Both the position numbers and the translations under genes were made by a program. From Balanoglossus misakiensis (Eukaryota; Animalia; Hemichordata): a stretch of DNA of 64,000 bases. The notes below the pieces were generated by a model. It saw only the letters and a program-made list of their open reading frames with translations. It did no database searches and was not told the origin of the DNA. The stretch is taken from assembly GCA_040954595.2 (NCBI GenBank), contig CM082583.2, positions 4,101,060 to 4,165,059 of the forward strand. Reading direction: 5' to 3'. Positions 1 to 13,439 of the stretch are shown one piece after another (positions within the stretch are counted from its first letter, which is position 1; the number at the start of each line of letters is the position of its first letter).

Positions 1-770
1 ACATAAAAGGGGATAGTTATGGGCTATCACTTAATTACAAAGCTTGATTGAGTAATTATAATCAGCATACAAATCACCTTTTCCAAGTATTGCACTTAAC
101 CTAAAAGCCAGAATAAGCACAAAATCTCTTTTGCTGCGGAAAGTTCAAGATCCACGTTCACATGCAAATATCCCAAGGCTGGGTGGGCTTTAATAAACAT
201 CAACAATACATTCGAGCTGATGGACGTCATTATTTACTGCGCATTCACATACTCCCACCATTCATCCAGCTGTGAATTGGCGCATTTCAATAAAGTTCTG
301 CCCGACAATCCGTCAATTTCGCCCGATTCCAGCGCCGTGGTCGCGGCGTTCCGCGGCAAACAACCGCGTTCGGCGACCGCTGCCCAACCCCAATCCCACC
401 AGGAGTTGTAAAAAGAAAGCAATTAAGAAACCGAATCTTTGACAGTCATTACGCGGCTTTCCACTTGACGCATTACGATCTGTTGCTAGGAGACCGAAGG
501 ATGAGGAAGAGGAAAGAGGTGTATCTCAAATGTCCTCGGTGACGTTCCTCTAGGTCATCAAATTACCATCAACAGAAAACCCGTTGAGGATTGTCAGCAG
601 GAAGCTTCAAACTCTGATTTACAACCTCCTAGCTTTTCTGAATGGCCACTCACAATGAAGACGTCTCAAAATCTTTGATTTTATATAAATGCCGTACATT
701 TACGGGTAAAGTTTGGTGGTGTGTGATGAATCTGTTATTGTTAATCACAATATCTTAGACTAAAGTGCAG

Positions 771-900
771 CAGTGTTCTCCCCAGGAATTTCTCTTACGG
801 CATCGGTTAATTTACAAAAAAAACTGATTGTGTCCTTTGACATTGAATTTATAATATCAATGAATTCACAAAATAATGTATATGACGGGGGAGAACATTG
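771..900. mobile_element. Short non-autonomous DNA transposon (MITE) with CAGTGTTCTCCCC termini
   Basis: Starts CAGTGTTCTCCCC and ends GGGGGAGAACATTG (inverted termini). A related copy lies at 1445-1593. No clean TSD. Confidence 0.6.
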
Positions 901-1444
901 AAATGAATTCTTTGGTTTGATTAAGAATTTTTTCAGTGATAAAAGCTAATTACTGAAATGTTCCGTTTGAATTTCAACCATGGTTAATACCAGAAAGGTT
1001 GAGATATTTGGCACTGTACTCTCAAGTTAGACGGTTACTGCATGTCCATGCCTAAATTTACATGTGTGTAGTACATTGTACTAAACTGACACCCTTTGGG
1101 CCTACATGCACTTCACAATCAGTGTTGTATCAGCTCTTGAGTGGATTTACAAATGCTTCTGATGTTCAATTCACGCAAAGAGTTCACTCAAGATATGGCG
1201 CAGCTGAAGCTCACATTCAAACATTACACACATGTGCCAGTATCTGAAATCTGGTTTAGCGTTTTTTCATGTATGATCTGCAGCAACTAGAGGAACTGAA
1301 AGCAGAGACACTTTCACAAGTAACTTAGCACCAAAGGAAAGCCTTCACAAAGCAGGACCGTTATAAAGTTGTCGATCGTAGTGGGAGTAAACGGTCATCA
1401 ACAGTTATGACTTGCAGATTCAAGCAAGTAAAATGTGTATTCAT

Positions 1445-1593
1445 TAGTGTTCTCCACAGGAATTTCTGGCAGAGTCGGGACTAATTTACAAAACAATATG
1501 AATAATTGTTATGTTAATGAGTTGTTATTGTTTTCCAAAAATTACATGTAGAGTTGGGGCCGCCACTCTCTGATTGCTCTGGGGAGAACACTG
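1445..1593. mobile_element. Second copy of the same MITE family
   Basis: TAGTGTTCTCCACAGGAATTTCT ... CTGGGGAGAACACTG. Shares its 5' end (GGAATTTCT..TAATTTACAAAA) with 771-900. Confidence 0.6.
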
Positions 1594-4500
1594 ACACATG
1601 ATTATAACATCTCCCTTGGGTCTAATGCTGGCTCACCTCAAATTCACAGAGTCAGCAAGGCAGTAGATATCTGTGAATGCGTATAAATCATACGAGAGGT
1701 CTATTCACCATAATCCATCTGGTCATGGGAACGCTGGCGGCAAACGTGACTGAGCAGCTCCGAGCAAAAATATGACAGGCACGAAATTGATTTCAGGTAA
1801 CCATGAAAAAAATCTGACATGTCCACAAGCAGTAGGGAAAATAGTGCACCTGATAAGCAAATACAATAAAATCTCTCAAGGGCGATTGGGGATTGACCTT
1901 GGCTGACCTTGATCAAACTTTAATACCCACCCCGTCTTTTTAAGGCGATCGTATGTTTATCTCAACACTGAATGATGAAAATGAGTGGGGTCACAGCTGA
2001 ACCCTGCTTTATGAGAATAATGAGAATAAAGATTGTTTCCAGGGGGTTACACTTCATTGGATAGACATTTTTTATAGCATGTCAGATGTAGACCCAAAAC
2101 AACATACAGTATAACTATAAAGGTGAGAACCTATGGCACCCAATCTCCTTGTATGAAGTAGATACAATGTAATGCTGATCGAGGACAAGGAAAACTGACC
2201 TTTAAATTATAGGACTAGCTGATTTGAAACTGACTCCATGTGTTTAAAGAAAGCAATTGGAAAATGTTGCACATTTACCTTTGTTTATGAGGTCAGGCAA
2301 CTATAACTATTGACAATACAGTATGCAGTTGCCTTTAACAGCTAAGTTACACTAGGTATCTTTTAGGAGAAATATCCTTAGACCTGTGTCTTACCCAGAG
2401 AAATTAATTAAAGGGCACTGCTCAATTACCATTTAATTTTGGGAAAACAATACAGTCCTTGCTATTAATAATAATAACTGCATTATGCAAATGACCCACT
2501 ACATCATGCAAGATATTTCCCTACTTGATTTAGTAACCACTGATGTTCTTTTCATTGCAATGCCAGTGATATCATATGGACAGTCGACAGTCTAACGATA
2601 CCAGGATTTTCACAATAATATTTCATTTCTACAAGACAATTCCAACGCACACACACACTGGTACTAATGGTGGACACATCCAAAAAATCTCATTTTTATA
2701 CACGGTCCCTTCAAACAGACACTGAAGCTAAATGTATCTACATGCCCACAAGACCTTACAGTGCATCTGTGACGAACGCTCTACGTTTGATCACGCCACT
2801 TGACTGTCTAGACTTGCGAGTTAATTTTTCACATCATAGTTTTACTTTGTCTTGCTCCGGAAATGAGTTATAATTGGGATTTCTTATGGGTATTATTTCA
2901 TACTGGTTTGCAGTCATATCGCACAGGCCAGGGTCACTCAAATGCTCTGTACTGCAGTATAGTCCACTTATATCAGTATTAGAATGAAGAACATTCCCCC
3001 TCAGAAGTGATTTTATATTTTTAAACATTTTCGTGATTCTAATTTCTATGCACACAGTGATGGAGCCAAATCAAGCCATTAAAAACAATGTTGTATTCAG
3101 TTTGCATATAGTTAATTAATTCAATCTGTCAAATTAACACCCATTATCTTTGTCAAGAGAGACAAGGCAACTTGTGTTAGACAAAAAAACATCAAGTTAG
3201 TAAAATTATTTTCTGATCTTACACGTCATGTGTGTGTATTTATTTTCCTTCTGAGTTAAATAATGTTAAGCATTCCGATTCGTACTGGGGTTTCATGTAT
3301 GTCTGCCTATGGTGGTGTTGGATATTACGGTAGTAAGTGAAATTTCCTGGGATTTGATAATTGATTAAGAGAAAGTCTGCCTGCACCCGTGGTTTAATAA
3401 CACTAACATTTCCAGTGGCCTGACCCCCCTTGAGATGCCTGGGATAGGTTTCTACTTAAATATGCCATGTAGGAAATGTGCTCCACGTTTCGATTAGAGT
3501 TAAACTGAAAGAGGTTAACGTACCAGGGCTTGATGCCACATCACAGAACAGCAAACACAGTGAAATAAAAACGGTGAACAAAATAACACTAATCTTTCTT
3601 GAAAATGTTATTTTTCAATGACTGTTCACTAAAAACAAAAATAAAGGGCTTCATGTTCTTGTGTTGTTGTTTTTCAGTTTCATTTCAACATGTGTGCAAA
3701 TAGACTAAGAGAAAATATAAATTCCAAGAAATGAATATTCCCTCGAACTGGAGACTGTTTTGATACTGAGGTGAACTGAATATACATGAAATGACATTAA
3801 ATTCCCATAGTACAGAATTGTTTTCATTTCGTCATGATCTTATACAGAGATGAAATATATCTCATGTAAACATGCTGCAACACTGGTGGGTTAGTATCTG
3901 CTGGTTGTCAAAACACTAACAGGAATATACAAGGAAATAGTTGACGATTAAGTAATCTGTTGGTCACAAGTATATTATGGCTGTCTCCATCCAACTACAC
4001 TTGATGGTGGAGAGTCCTGGATTAAATTGTGTGTGGAAGCATTTCATTCTCTTATATATTGTTATTGTTTGTGTTTACAGCTTTTGTTCCTGTTCCCTTG
4101 TCCAATGGTTGAACAATTTAATTTCATTGTTTACATTTGTATCATTGTTTTGGATTTGGCATGATCACACAAACTTTCGTTGCTTAAATTTCCAAACCAT
4201 GTCACCAGGATGATAATATTAACTGAGGGTATAAACTCTCCATGAAAGTCAATGTCATTTGTGATTTAAATTAAGCAGGGTCACAGGTCACTTTGACTCC
4301 GATTGGGGTCCGATCAGCAGGTCCCGTGTCTGGAATGCAGTTTAACTAGAAACCAAACATTGCACACACACCTCGTTTACTATAATAGACCATAAAGCAA
4401 GAAGCGAATGTGAATTTATATTTCTCTTAATGACCATGTTGTAGTTACGCCCCCCATCCCCGCGCTAGTCAACGATCATGACATGTTTACACACCATATT

Positions 4501-4878
4501 CATTCACGATGTCGATGTATGTAGCGTCTAAAAGATAAGTCCATTTCCTTGTTTGCAAAACCCAAACGCGCATAGTACCAACTCGTCCAGGTGTTCAGTG
4601 CAGTCGTATAGTTCACAAAAACATTCGAAACTGATACCTGATCGAATATGCCTTAGAGATAGTCTGGTTGCAGTATGCCATACTCTACACGAAAACAGTT
4701 TTGCGTTCGCAAACGACAGATGGATACGAAAGCCTGGTAAATATTCGGGAACTCCTCAATTTGATGATCGTGTCAGCTGGCGATGATTGTTTTACAATAT
4801 CGGCCCTGGAAAAAATATGAGCGTACATATATGTGGACCTTTCGTATGAAGTGACAAGCAATAACAAAATGAACTTAC

Positions 4879-5138
4879 ACCGCCAGTATCCGATCTCCCT
4901 TGAAAAGCCCTGCCTTTTCCGCTGCGCCACCTTCCAAAACAGCGCTGACATGTTGCAGCGGTGCGTACAGCTCTCCATTGATGCTTTTCAGCTGACCACC
5001 CTCGCTCACTTGTCCCCGGACATTAAAACCGAATCCCGTCTCGGACTTGACGATGATGACGATTCGTGGTTGCGAGGTGACTGGAGAAGTTGGAGCAGAA
5101 GAGGTCTGTCTCGAGCTACTGTCGTCGTCGTCCGCCAT
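4879..5138 (-). CDS. SNX27: Sorting nexin-27, first coding exon (N-terminal PDZ domain); the rest of the gene lies left of the window
   Basis: [62 protein letters not shown] is the diagnostic SNX27 PDZ with its beta-hairpin insertion. ATG in AAAATGGCG context; GTAAGT donor just after 4879. Confidence 0.95.
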
Positions 5139-6544
5139 TTTGGTAAATCATGTGATACATTTGTCAAGCTTGACCTGTGACCTGGAACTTGGTGAAGTAC
5201 ACACTGCAATCTGCAGAGTGCAGTGCTGAAGTTACAGGTGTGTCCGATAGTACGACGAATGCATTCACCGTACCCGCTCATGCTATGATATCAAAGGTGT
5301 TTTTTCTCTTTCGTATCAAAAGTAGCTCATTTGGATAAGACTTGTGAAAGCATTTAATTTTCTGAAGCTACATGCGGGTATATTTAATATAATTCATTCA
5401 GCCGTCTGCAGATCGCCCGACAAACTCGTTACACTATATAGCGCCCCCTCGTAGAAGGGTGGACTTTTATAAATACCTTTGTTTGCCATAATCTGACCAA
5501 CCCATGGTGTTTCCAAAATTAACAAAAAAATAACTACATGTAAATACTGGAACTGTCTGGTGTAGCATAGAGGATTGCACACTCCTACACAAGGTGCTAC
5601 ACTTTTTGCCGTTTTAAATAAAGCGGGTTTTTTTTCAAACAAGATTCTTTGTTGAGCAGTCTTAGGTGAACCTTCATTGCTAAGAAAAATGTTGTGTCAT
5701 AATTAAAGGTGAAACGGTCAAAACTAGAATTCGTTCGAACAAGGGGTCGCAGTTCTTCTATTCTGAAGAAAACACTCCTAAGCAATATGAACGTACATGT
5801 CAATATGTAATTTTTTTATTGGTCCATATGCAATTGTACAGCACAGTATATGATAAACAGGAGAAGGAAATGCTGTTGATACTAACAGTCAGTGAATTGA
5901 CCTTTGAAATGTGTAATGTCATGGGTAAAATAATGACTTTCGACTGATTAAAATAGGAGACCTTGATGTTTGATATCGCTACAGCGGAAATATCGTTGAT
6001 AAATTGATGCGCGCATAGACTGTCTATGATTGAAGTTTGCAAATTTGGTAACGGTGACGGTGGTAGAGGTTACTATATGACGGATCGGGATACAACGAAC
6101 ATAATACCAAACGAACACGGAAACAAACACACAAATTACAACGAGGAACAAAAAAGGACAAGTCATCGTGGTGGTTGTGGTGGTGGACAACCGATGTCAA
6201 ACACGAAAATGGGAATATACATTCAGAGCTGATGAATTTCAAACACTCGTGCGGCCAATAGTAGAATGCAAATACGAGTACCATAACCACAAAGTAGTCA
6301 CACCAAGTTCTGTACACTCTAAAATGACAAGATGGTAAATGCAACGAAGAATTCGGATTTAAACCGAGAATCAGAAAACGACTATGAATCCGATGATACG
6401 TAAACAGGTTCCGCAACAAAAAAAGTCGCACCGCTATTTAGGAAAACGTATTCAAGCTTGATCTGAGGGAAATGTCAACAGTTGAGAATGTGTTCACCAG
6501 AAACGAACTCACGAACGACCAAACGAACGATCGATGGATCGATC

Positions 6545-6632
6545 AAACAAACAAGTAAACAGAGAGACAGACAGAGAGACAGAGAGACAGGCAGACAGAA
6601 ACAAACAAACAAACAAACAGACAGACAGACAG
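6545..6632. repeat. Compound (AAAC)/(AGAC) microsatellite
   Basis: Direct read. Confidence 0.9.
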
Positions 6633-7366
6633 AGAACATAGACTACACAAAATCCCGTCCCAGGATCCGGATAATTGAGAAAACCTGTATAGAAATGTTA
6701 CCAGAAAAATAGCGCGAAATTTGCCTGGATGAATTGAGATGAAATGATCGCGCAGACATGTGAAAGTAACCCGTTGGTAGTTTTGCAAATTTTGGAATAT
6801 TATGAAGTAGACAGTACTAGTTGAATGTTCAGGCTGATCACGTGGAATGATTACTTCAAAAAGCAATCGCATCATTTGAGTAAACGCTGAAATTTGACAG
6901 TAGCTTCGCTATAGTGGAAATCGGTGTTGGCAGTGGTCTTCACCAAATCAATGCACTCCTTGTCCTCGACAGTAGCACATGGAAATGTTGTTCCATAATC
7001 ACTGGACTGTTGCTGGCTAAGACTCGGCCAATATGGTGACGACCGCTGATTGCATGAGAGTCTTTCCTGATCCTTTTGCTGTTAGATTCTCCTTCAGGGT
7101 TGTCCCTCTATCACGGTGTGACGTCACCACTTGCTCTGTGTTGTTTTCAAATTGCTAGTTCCGGATCAAAAGTTAATTTTGTGAAAGAAAAAGTCTTTAA
7201 CCCATCCCTGTACTCACCAAATCCCTCCCCTTTTCCTCTCGACCCCCTTCTCTATCTCCTCCCCCCTCTAGTTCACCCCGTATAATTCCCTATCTCCAAC
7301 CGTGACCCCTCCTTATGTTCTGTTCCCGGTCTTCTTCAGAACATGGCCATGGTGTGTTACGAGTAT

Positions 7367-8799
7367 TTACTTTCGCTTCGCTTGTTCCTGAAGCCGCTTC
7401 TTCTCGTGGATCCTGTTTCGGAGACGCTCACAATATTCTCGGCGCACCTTTTCTGCCACTGCTTGCTTCTTGGCCTCTTCCTCCTTCATGGCGCGAGTTT
7501 GTTCTTCGTTCTCTGCCACGGTCGCTGTGGCCCCTTTACTCATCAGAGCGGCCTTTGCGCTCTTATACTCCTCGGCTTCCTTTCGCCTTTCTTCCGCCTC
7601 TCTGATTTTCTGGGCCAGAGCATAAGCGGAGAGGGGAGTATCTGGTCTTCTCTCCAGAAAGCTGACATGCCTTGGTGGCGCTTTGACTGGCTTGGAGATT
7701 TCAAAATCCAAGTTATAGGCAACGCTTCTGCGTCCATCGGCGAGGGATGTCTTGGCTTTGATGTTCGAAGCGTGACCATCAAGACGGCCGCTGTAGCGTG
7801 GTACGTTGCCTGAAAAAAAACCAACAACCTTAACTCTGGGACACCAACTAAAAAAACAAACACATTATCGTTATGACTTTCTGCTTCAAACAATCACGGT
7901 CGTGAAAAAAAGTGAACCGTTTTCTCTTTCCCACTCGTCATACAATTACATCACCCCTAAAACATTGCGCCATCTGTCATTGATAAAAAGTAAAGATGTT
8001 ATTTTTATATTTTGTAGTCAAACCTATTATTATTCATCGACGATGTTATCGTTCGTAGAGAAACGGCGCTCAAAACATGTGACATTCAAACAAGTACATG
8101 TAGTAGCCATGCAGAGTGAGTCAGTATCTGCATGATAATAGTCCACGTTTCTAACTTACCGACCAACCACTTTCCGGTGCCATTTCCAAGGCCACTATCG
8201 ACAGAAGAGTTTGGAGCGTCGAAGTCATGATCAGAGGAAGGAGAGGTGGTCCTGGATCCAATCTGATCGAAATCCGAACTCGTGGAGCCATACGGACGGA
8301 GAGAAACGACCCGACCAAGTTTCAGCAGAAACCACTCCCTTATTCCGGCAAAGCGTCGACAAATTCCGCCAAAGCATGACGGGGTTGTCTCGGAGTCGCC
8401 AGATTCCATCTTCTCCGCCTGCTTTTTGGTATTTTGTTGAGCGGCGGCGGCATCCTTCTTCTCGCTCTTCTTCTTGCCGCGAGATTTCTTGCGTCCACCT
8501 TTCTTTCCTCGCTTTCCCTGACGCGCACCTTTCTTCTTACCGTCGGTAGCTTCTCTCCACGCCTCGGCTGGTTGGCTTGTCTTGGTTGGTTTGGTAGCCA
8601 CGTGGGTATCTCCCTCCACCTTGTCATTCTTGACATCGCCAACACATTTAGGCCTGAGGTCTTCAGTCGCCTTGGCAGGCCTTACGTCAGTGTCTCCGAC
8701 ATTCACTCGAGCATCGTGGCGGCCACCGGGCGAAACCAAGGTGATGATTTCGATTTCATCGGGGTCCTCAATGTCACCACTGAGACGAATTGTCGCCAT
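7367..8799 (-). CDS. Stathmin-domain-like protein, copy 1 (exons 8799-8160 and 7809-7367; 360 aa)
   Basis: A phase-1 GTAAG..TTTTCAG intron joins a Lys-rich disordered exon (with SSVDSGLG) to SVAYNLDFEISKPVKAPPR..LSAYALAQKIREAEERRKEAEE plus coiled coil. This resembles the stathmin-like domain (LS..IQ.KL.AAEERRK). Confidence 0.7.
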
Positions 8800-9927
8800 T
8801 GCGTGAGTATTTTCACACTGGGACAATAACTTTCTCTCAGAAATTATGGGGGCGATGCACAGCAACGAGATAAAGTTGTGTGTTTGATCGCAGGTGTATG
8901 CACGTTCGAACACTTTGTTAACTTTCGAACAGTCTAACATTACGTCATAAAACTGGAACACGAACAATCGGATCACTAGTCACAAGTGTGAATCTTCAGT
9001 AACGCTTTCGAATTCATCCAAGGTGCTACACTTTTTGCCGTTTTAAATAAAGTGTTTGTTTTTTTCAAACAAGATTCTTTGTTGAGCAGTCTTAGGTGAA
9101 CCTTCATTGCTAAGTTGTGTTGTGTCATAATTAAGGTGAAACGGTCAAAACTAGAATTCGTTCGAACAAGGGGTCGCAGTTCTTCTATTCTGAAGAAAAC
9201 ACTCCTAAGCAATATGAACGTACATGTCAATATGTAATTTTTTTATTGATCCATATGCAATTGTACAGCACAGTAATGATAATAAGGAGAAGGAATGCTG
9301 TTAATACTAACAGTCAGTGAATTGATCTTTGAAATGTGTAATGTCATGGATAAAATAATGACTTTCGACTGATTAAAATAGGAGACCTTGATGTTTGATA
9401 TCGCTACAGCGGAAATATCGTTGATAAATTGATGCGCGCATAGACTGTCTATAATTGAAGTTTGCAAATTTGGTAACGGTGACGGTGGTAGAGGTTACTA
9501 TATGACGGATCGGGATACAACGAACATAATACTAAACGAACACGGAAACAAACACACAATTACAACGAGGAACAAAAAAGGACAAGTCATCGTGGTGGTT
9601 GTGGTGGACAACCGATGTCAAACACGAAAATCGGAATATACATTCAGAGCTGATGAATTTCAAACACTCGTGCGGCCAATAGTAGAATGCAAATACGAGT
9701 ACCATAACCACAAAGTAGTCACACCAAGTTCTGTACACTCTAAAATGACAAGATGGTAAATGCAACAAAGAATTCGGATTTAACCCGAGAATCAGAAAAC
9801 GACTATGAATGCGATGATACATAAACAGGTTCCGCAACAAAAAAGTCGCACCGCTATTTAGGAAAACGTATTCAAGCTTGATCTGAGGAAATTGTCAACA
9901 GTTGGGAATGTGTTCACCCGAAACGAA

Positions 9928-10075
9928 CGATGGATGGATGGATCGATCGATCAAACAAACAAACAAACAATCAAACAAACAAACAAACAAACAAACAAAA
10001 ACAACCAGACAGACACACACACACAAACAAACAAATAAACAGACAGACAGATAAACAGACAGACAGACAGACAGA
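9928..10075. repeat. Compound (GATG)/(AAAC)/(AC)/(AGAC) microsatellite, longer paralog of 6545-6632
   Basis: Direct read. Confidence 0.9.
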
Positions 10076-10752
10076 GAACATAGTAATATCCCGTCCCAGG
10101 ATCCGGATAATAGATAAAACCTGTATAGAAATGTCACCAGAAAAATAGCGCGAAGTTTGCCTGGATGAATTGAGATGAAATGATCGCGCAGACATGTGAA
10201 AGTAACCCGTTGATAGTTTTGCAAATTTTGGAATATTATGAAGTAGACAGTGCTAGAAGAATGATCAGACTGATCACTTGGAATGATTACTTCAAAAAGT
10301 AATCGCATCATTTGAGTAAACGCTGAAGTTTGACTGTAGCTTCGCTATATATGGAAATCGGTGTTGGCAGTGGTCATCATCAAGTCACATACACCCTTTG
10401 TCGTCGGACAGTAGCACATGGAAAAGTTGTTCCAAAATCACTGGACTGTTGCTGGCTAAGACTCGGCCAATAAGGTGGTGGAATACTAATTTCATGAGAG
10501 TCTTTCCTGATCCTTTTGCTGTTAGATTCTCCTTCAGGGTTGTCCCTCTGTGGCTGTGTGACGTCACCACTTGCTCTGTGTTGTTTTCAAATTGCTAGTT
10601 CCGGATCAAAAGTTAATTTTGTGAAAGAAAAAGTCTTTAACCCATCCCTGTACTCATCAAATCCCTCCCCTTTTCCTCTCGACCCCCTTCCCTATCTCCT
10701 CTCCCCTCTAGTTCACCCCGTCTAACTCCCTATCTCCAACCGTGACCCCTCC

Positions 10753-12237
10753 TTATGTTCTGTTCCCGGTCTTCTTCAGAACATGGCCATGGTGTGTTAC
10801 GAGTGTTTTCTTTCGCTTCGCTTGTTCCTGAAGCCGCTTCTTCTCGTGGATCCTGTTTCGGAGACGCTCACAATATTCTCGGCGCACCTTTTCTGCCACT
10901 GCTTGCTTCTTGGCCTCTTCCTCCTTCATGGCGCGAGTTTGTTCTTCGTTCTCTGCCACGGTCGCTGCGGCCCCTATACTCATCAGAGCGGCCTTTGCGC
11001 TCTTATATTCCTCGGCGTCCTTTCGCCTTTCTTCCGCCTCTCTGATTTTCTGGGCCAGAGCATAAGCGGAGAGGGGAGTATCTGGTCTTCTCTCCAGGAA
11101 GCTGACATGCCTTGGTGGCGCTTTGACTGGCTTGGAGATTTCAAAATCCAAGTTATAGGCAACGCTTCTGCGTCCATCGGCGATGGATGTCTTGGCTTTG
11201 ATGTTCGAAGCGTGACCATCAAGACGGCCGCTGTAGCGTGGTGCGTTGCCTGAAAAAAACCCAACAACCTTAACTCTGGGACACCAACTAAAAGAAAACC
11301 ACATTATCGTTATGACTTTCTGCTTCAAACAATCACGGTCGTGAAAAAAGTGAACCGTTTTCTCTTTCCCACTCGTCATACAATTACATCACCCCTAAAA
11401 CATTGCGCCATCTGTCATTGATAAAAAGTAAAGATGTTATTTTTATATTTTGTAGTCAAACCTATTATTATTCATCGACGATGTTATCGTTCGTAGAGAA
11501 ACGGCGCTCAAAACATGTGACATTCAAACAAGTACATGTAGTAGCCATGCAGAGTGAGTCAGTATCTGCATGATAATAGTCCACGTTTCTAACTTACCGA
11601 CCAACCACTTTCCGGTGCCATTTCCAAGGCCACTATCGACAGAAGAGTTTGGAGCGTCGAAGTCATGATCAGAGGAAGGAGAGGTGGTCCTGGATCCAAT
11701 CTGATCGAAATCCGAACTCGTGGAGCCATACGGACGGAGAGAAACGACCCGACCAAGTTTCAGCAGAAACCACTCCCTTATTCCGGCAAAGCGTCGACAA
11801 ATTCCGCCAAAGCATGACGGGGTTGTCTCGGAGTCGCCAGATTCCATCTTCTCCGCCTGCTTTTTGGTATTTTGTTGAGCGGCGGCGGCATCCTCCTTCT
11901 CGCTCTTCTTCTTGCCGCGAGATTTCTTTCGTCCACCTTTCTTTCCTCGCTTCCCCTGACGCGCACCTTTCTTCTTACCGTCGGTAGCCTGTGTCCACGC
12001 CTCGGCTGGTTGGCTTGTCTTGGTTGGTTTGGTAGTCACGTGGGTATCTCCCTCCACCTTGTCATTCTTGACACCGCCAACACCTTTGGGCCTGAGGTCC
12101 TCAGTCGCCTTGGCAGACCTTACGTCAGTGTCTCCGATATTCAATGGAGCATCTTGGCGGCCACCGGGCGAAACCAAGGTGATGATTTCGATTTCATCGG
12201 GGTCCTCAATGTCACCACTGAGACGAATTGTCGCCAT
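10753..12237 (-). CDS. Stathmin-domain-like protein, copy 2 (exons 12237-11598 and 11249-10753; 378 aa)
   Basis: Same exon structure and phase as copy 1; the C-terminus is 18 aa longer. Confidence 0.7.
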
Positions 12238-13439
12238 CGTGTGAGTATTTTCACACTGCGACAATAACTTTCTCTCAGAAATGAAGGGGCGATGCACAGC
12301 AACGAGATAAAGTTGTGTGTTTGATCGCACGTATATATGCACGTCGTTCGATCGCTTTGTCAACTTTCGAACAATCTAACATTACGTCATAAAACTGGAA
12401 CACGAACAATCGGATCACCAGTCACAAGTCTGAATCTTCATTAACGCTTTCGAATTCATCCATAGCTGATACTCAAGTATTTTTTATGTTCAGAAGAAAA
12501 CGTTTAATTAGTTCAAACGTGTTTTTTTTATATTAGAAAAAAGCTATTCGCGTATGAGGAGCAACTTTGTATGCGACACGCGTACTTTGCGCGAACGCGC
12601 GAGATTTGCGAACGCTGTGCCTGAACCAGGCACTCGAGTGCAGGAAAGCTGTTCGGAGAATGCGCAAATGGAGGGTCCCAACAATTCCAATTTTTATCAT
12701 TACATGTATTTCCATCCTTGCCTAGTGAATTTCTTTTAACACTAAAGTCTCTGATTAACGATATTAAAGTTTTCAGGACATAATTAAAAAATTAACGTTG
12801 AAAATTAAAAGTAAGCAAATGGACCAAAACTTTGCTTGAACACGGTGATTATGGTTTCCGCTGATGAAGTGTACACAATATTCGCCCTCACACGTACATG
12901 TGAAATAAAGGGGGCCAAAAAGACTTGCTCCAAGTCTATAGATTTCATTATTTCATAATAAATACATATATTAAGAACATTTTGTTACGAGTCTCTTTTG
13001 CGTGTGTGGACTAAACGCAACGAGTGTGAGCGCGTAAGTCAAGGGATCGCGTTGGCCAGGGATGGTAACCGTAACCAAATACCAGAAACTCGCTAAAAGC
13101 AAGCAAATACACGAAAAGTATTGGGAATTTTTATAAAGACAAAACACCGCCAAGCGAATAGTGGGCTAGTCTAAGCAGAGCAGGGTACTTGCCTCGCCCT
13201 ACCTATGTTAACTTTGAGGGGCAAAAGAAAAATTTGTCCTCCCCAACATTGTTGAGTTGATTTGCAGCTTTGAGATTTTCGAGCTCTTTATATTACACAA
13301 TTTTCTAACGTCGTTAAGTTTTTGAAAGTTGGAACGGGGGTCACCCACTTTTCAATTTTCAATGACGGGGGGGGGGGGGTGGTTACCCACTTTTTGATAT
13401 CCACAAAATATAATCCACCGACCCTTCACCCCCCCCCCC

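Larger units (their letters stand above)
5590..9020. repeat. Tandem segmental duplication, unit A (~3.43 kb)
   Basis: Collinear and highly similar to 9019-12462 at an offset of ~3430-3440. Both units start CAAGGTGCTACACTTTTTGCC and end CGAATTCATCCA. Confidence 0.95.
9019..12462. repeat. Tandem segmental duplication, unit A'
   Basis: See unit A. The junction at 9019-9020 has a 2-bp CA microhomology. Confidence 0.95.

Noticed and set aside
6482-10311. ORFs spanning the AAAC/AGAC tracts
   Set aside because: Stop-free microsatellite artefacts.
7315-12267. Plus-strand ORFs such as 7343-7813, 8434-8829, 10783-11253 and 11872-12267
   Set aside because: Antisense shadows of the Lys/Glu-rich stathmin-like exons.
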